Positions 57,406 to 64,000 of a stretch of 64,000 bases of DNA are shown one piece after another (position 1 is the first letter of the stretch; every line of letters begins with the position of its first letter). The notes under the pieces are model-generated. The model was not told the DNA's origin and searched no databases. It saw only the letters and a program-made list of their open reading frames with translations. The DNA comes from a virus (taxonomy: Duplodnaviria > Heunggongvirae > Uroviricota > Caudoviricetes), in the IMG/VR virus record IMGVR_UViG_3300021138_000001, one strand, 5' to 3'. The translations under genes were made by a program, and so were the position numbers.

Positions 57406-57481
57406 GCCTAGATAGCTCAGTTGGTAGAGCAAGGGACTGAAAATCCCTGTGTCGGCGGTTCAATTCCGTCTCTAGGCACCA
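57406..57481 (+). tRNA. tRNA-Phe (GAA)
   Basis: CT-GAA-AA loop, canonical arms, CCA. Confidence 0.96.
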
Positions 57482-57816
57482 GTATCTAGTTTTGTTACTA
57501 ATGTATGCAATTCGGCGTGCATTTCTTTTAGTTCTTGTAATTCCTTTAAAATAGTATTATGGTCTTCTTCGGCACGAATTTCTGATTTGTTACTTAGAAT
57601 ATTCTGGCCAACCATGATGACAGATAATAATACTAATTGGAGAAAAGTTTGCGCAATCCAAGAAATAATTGCATAAATTCCCATTTGAAGTGAAGCAGGA
57701 AGACTAATTAAAGCTATAACGGTAAATAAATAAGCGCACCACATAGTGCTTACACCATTTGTTATAATAATAGCAAATTTTGTATTGTATTTATTGGCAA
57801 TATCTATAAGATTCAT
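57472..57816 (-). CDS. DUF1003-like membrane protein
   Basis: TM segments, QLVLLSVIMVGQN..S...E.RAEEDH; GGAG RBS. Confidence 0.75.
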   Translation of the reverse strand: MNLIDIANKYNTKFAIIITNGVSTMWCAYLFTVIALISLPASLQMGIYAIISWIAQTFLQLVLLSVIMVGQNILSNKSEIRAEEDHNTILKELQELKEMHAELHTLVTKLDTGA

Positions 57817-57845
57817 TCGTGATCTCCTGTTTTAATTATATTTAT

Positions 57846-57929
57846 GCCTGGGTAAAGTTACAAGTTGTAGCAGGGGGGTCTGTAAAACCCCTCCTTTGGG
57901 GAGTCGGGCGGTACGGCACCCAGGCACCA
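57846..57929 (+). tRNA. Non-canonical tRNA-Tyr (GUA), 8/4 fold
   Basis: 8-bp GCCTGGGT/ACCCAGGC acceptor stem, 6-bp D-stem, CT-GTA-AA loop, 4-bp T-stem with GGCGGTA loop, ACCA end. Confidence 0.75.
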
Positions 57930-57991
57930 ATATAATTAGCCTCATTTTTTAATTAATTTTATTTAAAGCTTGATATTAAGGAAATTGTAAT

Positions 57992-58459
57992 ATGAACATG
58001 CTTAAGAATAATTCTTGGGAAGAAGCAAGAAAAGCAATTATTAATTCAAGCGAAAAATCCTCTATTTATTGTGGTGCTGATTCTATTAGATTTAAGAAAG
58101 ATGGTAAGTGGTACGCTAGGTACTCGACTGTAATCATTCTTCATTTAGATTCTAAGCATGGATGTAAGTTATTCCACAATTCAATAGTTATGGATGACTA
58201 TGGTAACATGAAACAAAGACTAGTAAATGAAAGTTTTTATGCTATTGAAGCAGCTATGGAAATCCTAGATGTGCTTGGTAATAGAAATCTTGAAATTCAC
58301 TTAGATTTGAATCCTAATCCAAAGCATAAATCTAATGTTGCAGTTAAAGAAGCTTTAGGATATGTAAAAGGTTCAACAGGTATTGAAGCTAAGATTAAGC
58401 CATATAGCTTTGCCGCCTCACATGCTGCTGACCATTTGGTTAGAAATAAGCTTCAATAA
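57992..58459 (+). CDS. RNase H-like YkuK (DUF458) family protein
   Basis: IYCGADS, Y.TVIILH, RL.NE...AIE.A, EIHLD.N motifs. Confidence 0.8.
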   Translation: MNMLKNNSWEEARKAIINSSEKSSIYCGADSIRFKKDGKWYARYSTVIILHLDSKHGCKLFHNSIVMDDYGNMKQRLVNESFYAIEAAMEILDVLGNRNLEIHLDLNPNPKHKSNVAVKEALGYVKGSTGIEAKIKPYSFAASHAADHLVRNKLQ

Positions 58460-58477
58460 TTATAAATAGAATATGTG

Positions 58478-58552
58478 AGCGGACTTCGTACAATGGTAGT
58501 ACCTCAGTCTCCAAAACTGAAGACGTGGGTTCGATCCCACCTTCGACTACCA
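58478..58552 (+). pseudogene. Degenerate tRNA-Trp (CCA)
   Basis: Intact D-arm and CT-CCA-AA anticodon arm, but 6-nt T-loop and poorly paired acceptor stem; late promoter 58461-58468. Confidence 0.6.
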
Positions 58553-58557
58553 AATAT

Positions 58558-58645
58558 GGCAAGTAAAGCAGGTGGGACCTGTCCTCGTTTGCTAAACGAA
58601 GGGAACCAGAAATGGTTTGGGGATCGGGACCTCTTCTTGCCGCCA
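58558..58645 (+). tRNA. tRNA-Ser (GCU)
   Basis: TT-GCT-AA loop, long variable arm, G73, CCA, ATCG T-loop. Confidence 0.85.
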
Positions 58646-58704
58646 GAATTATATAAGTAGCAATGTCAATAAGACTTCTTATATAATTCAGAGGAATATA
58701 AAAT

Positions 58705-59076
58705 ATGAAGAAATTATTTTTTGCTATAACAGTATTATGTTTGGCAGCATGTACTCCAAACAATAATAATACTCAAGGTTCTGATGGATATGTATTTTCC
58801 CAAAAACAGTTTTCTAAAAATCCAGTAACTATTAATGTGATTACATATAATTCTTTTAATGATTTGCGTGGTGCTCTTGGTAAGATAAATTATAAGGATA
58901 AAGTCAATACTTCTTCTGTTGTGGCTTTTAGTGTTTTATCGCCGCCAAATTATGACACATGTACAATTCATATGATAGACCCTATGATATCTTACCAGCC
59001 CGAATTTATAGGCCACGAATTTTTACATTGTCTGTATGGTCAATGGCATGTTAATAATAATAGTAATGGACAATAA
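58705..59076 (+). CDS. Lipoprotein with HExxH motif
   Basis: Lipobox LAAC; GHEFLHC. Confidence 0.7.
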   Translation: MKKLFFAITVLCLAACTPNNNNTQGSDGYVFSQKQFSKNPVTINVITYNSFNDLRGALGKINYKDKVNTSSVVAFSVLSPPNYDTCTIHMIDPMISYQPEFIGHEFLHCLYGQWHVNNNSNGQ

Positions 59077-59078
59077 TT

Positions 59079-59339
59079 ATGTATGATAAAGCTTTAATGT
59101 ATTCTAAAGAATATTGCCCTTATTGTTCTCAAGCAGAACTGCTCTTAAGGAAGCGGAATATTCCATATGAAAAATTAGTTATTGGTATTGGTTCTGGAAA
59201 TATCACTAAGGCCGATCTTCTAGAAAAAGTTCCGAATGCCAAAACTGTTCCTCAGATTTTCCTTTACAAAGACGACAAAGAGATTTATATTGGTGGCTTC
59301 ACTGACTTGAAGGATTTTTTTGAAAATGCAACTAACTGA
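59079..59339 (+). CDS. Glutaredoxin
   Basis: CPYC, TVPQIF, IGGF motifs. Confidence 0.93.
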   Translation: MYDKALMYSKEYCPYCSQAELLLRKRNIPYEKLVIGIGSGNITKADLLEKVPNAKTVPQIFLYKDDKEIYIGGFTDLKDFFENATN

Positions 59340-59565
59340 ACAGCTTAATAATGGAATAGTTGAAATTACCTTTACCAAGGTAGATGGGTCTGAACGCATT
59401 ATGAAATGTACCCTCCAAAAGGAATATATTGATGCTAATTATGAAGTTCCCGAGAAAAAGACTGATCGAGTTAACCTTCCTAAAGAAGGTATTCTAGTTG
59501 TATTTGATACTGAAAATAATGGTTGGCGATCAATTCGTTCAGAATCAATCATTAGTTGGCATTAA
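59320..59565 (+). CDS. Conserved T4-like protein (WYL/SH3-like)
   Basis: ITFTKVDGSER.MKCTL...VVFD.E..GWRS.R pattern. Confidence 0.7.
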   Translation: MKMQLTEQLNNGIVEITFTKVDGSERIMKCTLQKEYIDANYEVPEKKTDRVNLPKEGILVVFDTENNGWRSIRSESIISWH

Positions 59566-59567
59566 TA

Positions 59568-59726
59568 ATGAAACAAGAACTTTCTGGTTGGGATAGAACC
59601 AAAGCTATAATTGCTAAGTGGATCATGGTTAATATTGCAATGAGGATTAGTCCTCTTGCAGTATTATCTTTGTGTCTAGAAATATCCAGAGGATATCAAG
59701 AATCAATTGAGGCACAAGAAGATTAA
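59568..59726 (+). CDS. Small hypothetical protein, 52 aa
   Basis: Coupled ORF MKQELSGWDRTK... Confidence 0.45.
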   Translation: MKQELSGWDRTKAIIAKWIMVNIAMRISPLAVLSLCLEISRGYQESIEAQED

Positions 59727-59896
59727 TGACTAATTATGATGATTGGTATGAACAAAGTCGAGAAGACCGTCATACAAAATTGGCCAATGCTGGATTTTTA
59801 AAACTTCCATTTTCTCTTCAAAAGTATCTTGGTAATCATGAGTATATTCATAAAGAGGATATTAGAGAACTTAAAAAACTATTAGAAAGTGTATAA
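59726..59896 (+). CDS. Small hypothetical protein, 56 aa
   Basis: TAATG overlap, MTNYDDWYEQ... Confidence 0.5.
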   Translation: MTNYDDWYEQSREDRHTKLANAGFLKLPFSLQKYLGNHEYIHKEDIRELKKLLESV

Positions 59897-59898
59897 TA

Positions 59899-60849
59899 AT
59901 GGGTCATTATGTAGTAACTGGTGCATGTGGATATATTGGTTCTGTTCTTAGTAAGAAACTTAAGGAACATGGTCATAAAGTAACGACTGTTGATCTAAAG
60001 GCAACCTATCCACTTTATACGGATGATCATTGGGCTAATACCTGTTTTAGTTCAGAATTATTTTTAAAGAATATTATTGAAAAACGTGTAGATGGTATTT
60101 TTCATTTAGCAGCACATAGTTTACTTGGTCCATCTGTAGCAGATCCACTCCCATACTTTATAAATAATGCAGGACGAACCGCAGAAATGGTTCATACCCT
60201 TGTCAGCAACGGTTGGCAAGGTAAGTTTGTTTTCTCAAGCACTGCTGCTACCTATGGCGCACAAAAACATATGGTCATTGAAGACTCTCCAAGAATGCCA
60301 ATAAATCCATATGGTATTTCAAAACTTCATGCTGAAGATATTCTTGAACAAGCATATGATGCATATGGCTTTTCGTCTGTAATTTTCAGATTCTTTAATG
60401 TGTCTGGTGCAGATGGTGATGTTGGTCAAGATCGAAACGAACCGCATATTCTAACACAAATGTCCAAGGCTGCTAAGGCTGGTACAACATTTAAGCTATA
60501 TGGTGATGATTATCATACTAAAGACGGAACTTGTGTTCGTGATTATGTGCATGTTCTAGATGTCGTTAATGCGCATCTTCTCGCCTTAGATTTGTTAGAT
60601 GAATATCAAGGAACTTTTGTATTTAACCTTGGAAAGTCTCATGGAACATCAAATCTAGAATTGGTAGAAGCCTTCCGAAATATCACTGGAATAGACCTTG
60701 ATTATGAAATCGTAGATCGCCGTCCAGGTGATCCAGACTTTCTAGTCGCCGATTCATCCAGATTTACACAATATACTGGGTATATGTTCCCAGAAAGCAA
60801 TTTACAAAATATTATTTCTAGTCAATGGGAGTGGTTTAATTATGAGTGA
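59899..60849 (+). CDS. galE: UDP-glucose 4-epimerase-like extended SDR
   Basis: TGACGYIGS, FSSTAATYG, YGISK, RFFNVSGA, DGTCVRDYVHV. Confidence 0.92.
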   Translation: MGHYVVTGACGYIGSVLSKKLKEHGHKVTTVDLKATYPLYTDDHWANTCFSSELFLKNIIEKRVDGIFHLAAHSLLGPSVADPLPYFINNAGRTAEMVHTLVSNGWQGKFVFSSTAATYGAQKHMVIEDSPRMPINPYGISKLHAEDILEQAYDAYGFSSVIFRFFNVSGADGDVGQDRNEPHILTQMSKAAKAGTTFKLYGDDYHTKDGTCVRDYVHVLDVVNAHLLALDLLDEYQGTFVFNLGKSHGTSNLELVEAFRNITGIDLDYEIVDRRPGDPDFLVADSSRFTQYTGYMFPESNLQNIISSQWEWFNYE

Positions 60850-61840
60850 GTATACGCCGTTCGAACGGAATGAACTTAATAAGAATTCGCAAGGCGGAAC
60901 TGAAGTTATGGTCGAGGGTATGCTTTCCCGAGTAGACCCAGAGCTTTTACAAAATTTTCAAATTATTCCATCACGAGTTCGTAATCTTCGTGATGATAAG
61001 ATTCGTATTATGTGGCTTCATGATCTACCTTGGGACCCAGAAACAAATCATCTAAAGGATGAATCTTCTCGTTCCAGGTTCCACAAGATTGTATATTGCG
61101 GCCATTGGCAAATGACTCAATATCAGAACTTCCTTGGTATTCCTCATGACCAAAAAACTTCTGTAATCGAAACTGCAATCGTACCTTTTGATTATGTAGA
61201 AAAGTCTAAGAATGAAATTCGACTGGTTTATACATCTACTCCACAGCGTGGTCTAGAAATTTTAATTCCAGTATTTGAAGCTCTTGCAGAAAAGTATGAT
61301 AATATTGTTCTAGATGTATTTTCTTCATTTAAGATTTATGGGTGGGAAGATGCAGATAAACAATATGAGCCGCTATATGAACGTTGTCGTCAGCACCCAA
61401 AGATTAATTATCATGGATTTGTTCCTAATGATGTAGTTCGGCAAACTGTTCAGAGGGCTCATATTCTAGCATATCCTTCGATCTGGCTTGAGTGTAACTC
61501 TAAGTCTTTAATTGAAGCTATGTCTGCTGGTGCAATGTGTGTTCATCCAAATTATGGGGGTCTTGTCGATACTGCTGGTGGTCTTACCACAATGTATAAT
61601 TGGGACCTAGATAAGAATATTCATGCCAATATTTTTTATCAGGCTCTAGATCAAGCAGTATCAGTAATTCATCAAGATCAAGTTCAGAACTATCTTCGAT
61701 TTGTAAAACAATATGCTGATGGGCGTTACAATTGGAACAAGATTTCTAATCAATGGACAGGAATGTTGAATGGTCTTCTTCAACAATATGAAGGTCAAGA
61801 CCTAAGCGCAAAGCAAATTCTAACATTTAGAACGACATGA
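60842..61840 (+). CDS. Glycosyltransferase, GT-B fold (family 4-like)
   Basis: GGTE, YTSTPQRGL, YPS.W.E......EAMSAG. Confidence 0.88.
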   Translation: MSEYTPFERNELNKNSQGGTEVMVEGMLSRVDPELLQNFQIIPSRVRNLRDDKIRIMWLHDLPWDPETNHLKDESSRSRFHKIVYCGHWQMTQYQNFLGIPHDQKTSVIETAIVPFDYVEKSKNEIRLVYTSTPQRGLEILIPVFEALAEKYDNIVLDVFSSFKIYGWEDADKQYEPLYERCRQHPKINYHGFVPNDVVRQTVQRAHILAYPSIWLECNSKSLIEAMSAGAMCVHPNYGGLVDTAGGLTTMYNWDLDKNIHANIFYQALDQAVSVIHQDQVQNYLRFVKQYADGRYNWNKISNQWTGMLNGLLQQYEGQDLSAKQILTFRTT

Positions 61841-62823
61841 TTTTAACAAAAGCACCATTGCGGGTTTCGTTCTACGGGGGCGGCACGGACCTTGCTTCTC
61901 ATTATAGAGAGCATGGTGGCGCAGTACTATCTGCTGCAATAAACAAGTATATGTACATTGCGATAAACAAGACACCTATTGATCATGTTAAATTGATGTA
62001 TTCTGAAATTGAAACTGTTCAAGATTATAAAAATCTAAAACATGATATTGTAAGAAATGCTATTGAATATTATAGCGATAAACACAAAACCGGATTAGAA
62101 ATTGCGTCATTTGCTGATGTCCCAACAGTAGGAACTGGATTGGGATCATCGTCAACATTTTCTGTAGCACTTATTCAAAATCTTATGGAATTGAATATTA
62201 AATCGTTTATGCCCAGACATCAAAAGATTGCTGAGTGGGCTTGTGATCTAGAGATTGATAAGTGTGGCTCTCCTATCGGAAAGCAGGACCAATATGCTGC
62301 GGCATATGGCGGAATGAATTTGTTTGAATTTAAGCCTGATGAATCTGTTATAGACACGCCGACAGTTAGTCATTATGCCATGACTGAAAATCTATTACTT
62401 TTCTATACTGGAAGAAAGCGTTCTGCTAATTTAATTTTAGAAAAACAAAATGCAGAACCAAAACACGACATTCTTTCTAAAATGACTGATCAAGCAATCT
62501 TAGGTTTTCGTTATTTAAATTCAAAACAATATGATGATTTTGGTATGATGCTTGATGAAGCATGGAATCTAAAGAAACAATTAACCGATGGTATTTCTGA
62601 TCCTGAATTGGATGAGATTTATAAATCCTCTATGTCTGCTGGTGCATATGGTGGCAAGATTCTTGGTGCTGGTGGAGGAGGATATTTTCTTTTTTATGTA
62701 CCACTAAACAAACAAGCCCATGTCATAAAAGAAATGAATGATAAAGGATTATCCTTACAAGGTTTTAATTTCTCACGTACTGGAGTGGAGACTGTTTATA
62801 ATGACTATAACAACAACTTTTAA
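61837..62823 (+). CDS. hddA: D-glycero-alpha-D-manno-heptose-7-phosphate kinase (GHMP)
   Basis: KAPLRVSFYGGGTD, GTGLGSSS, GKQDQYAAAYGG, GKILGAGGGG. Confidence 0.9.
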   Translation: MILTKAPLRVSFYGGGTDLASHYREHGGAVLSAAINKYMYIAINKTPIDHVKLMYSEIETVQDYKNLKHDIVRNAIEYYSDKHKTGLEIASFADVPTVGTGLGSSSTFSVALIQNLMELNIKSFMPRHQKIAEWACDLEIDKCGSPIGKQDQYAAAYGGMNLFEFKPDESVIDTPTVSHYAMTENLLLFYTGRKRSANLILEKQNAEPKHDILSKMTDQAILGFRYLNSKQYDDFGMMLDEAWNLKKQLTDGISDPELDEIYKSSMSAGAYGGKILGAGGGGYFLFYVPLNKQAHVIKEMNDKGLSLQGFNFSRTGVETVYNDYNNNF

Positions 62824-63397
62824 AGAATATACTAACGATTTAAATCATGCTATGTGGTCAGTTGATACTACATGTCTAGATGCTGCTGCTAGACTTATTG
62901 AAAAAACCATACAGACAGATAATACCATTTATGTCTGTGGTAATGGTGGTTCGGCAGCTATCGCAAATCATTTGGTGTGTGACTGTATGAAAGGTATTTC
63001 TACCAGTACCCAATTAGAACCAAGAATCGTATCCCTTGTTTCTAATGTGCCATTAATGACTGCTATAGCTAATGACATGTCTTATAATTCAATTTTTTCA
63101 TATCAAGCCAAGAAACTTATGAAAAAGGGTGATATTTTAATTACAATTTCTTCATCTGGCAATTCTCCTAATATTCGAGAGGCTCTTGAGTTTTGTCATA
63201 TATCAGGATTTGAAAGTATTGCTATGTGTGGTTTTGATGGTGGAGCATCATTGAAGGCAACAATTCCTCTTCATGTCAAATCAAAAAATTATGGAATCGT
63301 GGAAGATTGTCACCAAAGCCTTATGCACATGATTGCACAATATTTGCGCAAATCCAATCTGAACCCACATATTGATCCAAACACCCTTATTTACTAG
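62801..63397 (+). CDS. gmhA: Sedoheptulose-7-phosphate isomerase
   Basis: CGNGGSAA.A.H, TAIAND, ISSSGNSPNI, YGIVED.H motifs. Confidence 0.93.
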   Translation: MTITTTFKEYTNDLNHAMWSVDTTCLDAAARLIEKTIQTDNTIYVCGNGGSAAIANHLVCDCMKGISTSTQLEPRIVSLVSNVPLMTAIANDMSYNSIFSYQAKKLMKKGDILITISSSGNSPNIREALEFCHISGFESIAMCGFDGGASLKATIPLHVKSKNYGIVEDCHQSLMHMIAQYLRKSNLNPHIDPNTLIY

Positions 63398-63400
63398 CTA

Positions 63401-63428
63401 TTGACATGGCCTCCAATTATGGTAATAT
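63401..63428 (+). promoter_or_regulatory. Sigma70-type early promoter
   Basis: TTGACA-16-TAATAT with TG extended -10. Confidence 0.65.
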
Positions 63429-63455
63429 GTGTCATCATAAATTTGGAGAAACCCT

Positions 63456-64000
63456 ATGGCTACCGTAGATAAAAATGCAAAGAAGGCTGCTCAACGCGCC
63501 AAAATCAATCACAACATCGACAAACATATTGGGGCAGAACCCAAGGCTTCGGATATTAAGACTGTATTGGATATCCGAATGGCTTATAACTGGTATAATT
63601 ATTCGTGTGATCAAAAGGATTTTGTATCCTGGGTTCTTGATTATATGAAGACATCTGGTAATTATAAGCCAGAACAAATTTCTGCATATAAGACTCTGCC
63701 TGATTGGAGAACTAGCACTACTGCTGGTGCAATTTCTCGTATGCTTAAGAATGGGGTAAACATTCCCGAAGAGTCTATTGTATGGCTCAACAAGAAGATT
63801 TCGGATGCACTTAAGTTTGTGCAAACGAATAAAAAGTCTTCCGTGGCAACCAAGAATGATTCGACTCTTGCTGAAAAGGATTCAGACAAGCTTGATAATA
63901 TTATTGGTGATATCGAACAAGAATTTGATAACTTTTATAAGAATGGTTATCAATCTGAGTTTAGTATGTTTGATTATCTAAAGACAAATTCTATTAAGTC
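63456..64000 (+). CDS. Hypothetical protein, 3'-truncated
   Basis: GGAG RBS; frame MATVDKNAKKAAQRAK...AYNWYNY open to window end. Confidence 0.65.
   Translation, partial: MATVDKNAKKAAQRAKINHNIDKHIGAEPKASDIKTVLDIRMAYNWYNYSCDQKDFVSWVLDYMKTSGNYKPEQISAYKTLPDWRTSTTAGAISRMLKNGVNIPEESIVWLNKKISDALKFVQTNKKSSVATKNDSTLAEKDSDKLDNIIGDIEQEFDNFYKNGYQSEFSMFDYLKTNSIK

Noticed and set aside
55441-58763. ORFs 55441-55716, 56679-57044, 56943-57191, 58440-58763 and 58475-58660
   Set aside because: They overlap tRNA genes and have no protein-like features.
1-64000. Stop-codon reassignment
   Set aside because: Core genes (gp23, gp43, gp41, gp46) are full length in the standard code and no suppressor anticodon was found; the breaks are explained by inteins, an intron or a homopolymer.
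1-64000. CRISPR array or long tandem repeat
   Set aside because: No regularly spaced repeats were seen; the recurring short motifs are late promoters and tRNA arms.

Overview
64-kb segment of a large, AT-rich T4-like myovirus. A GapR homologue points to an alphaproteobacterial host (inference). It runs from the head module (gp20-gp23) through nucleotide metabolism, lysis, a late head-cargo cluster, the replication and recombination module, about 17 tRNA genes and a sugar-nucleotide cluster (GalE, GT4, HddA, GmhA). The striking feature is the density of self-splicing and mobile elements in core genes. nrdA is broken into three ORFs: one break is an atypical split intein with a 13-aa N-fragment and the other has no intein. 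The clamp loader gp44 is broken by a second split intein. A 305-nt group I intron interrupts a glycosyltransferase gene next to a frameshifted homing endonuclease. A homing endonuclease behind nrdB carries a duplicate of the nrdB 3' end. Several endonuclease genes share a late-promoter plus RBS-sequestering hairpin layout. Also seen: non-canonical tRNAs (8/4-type Tyr, long-arm Ile-UAU), a ROSE-like element on hsp20 and a candidate structured ncRNA. All calls come from reading the sequence and motifs by eye; no database searches or folding programs were run.
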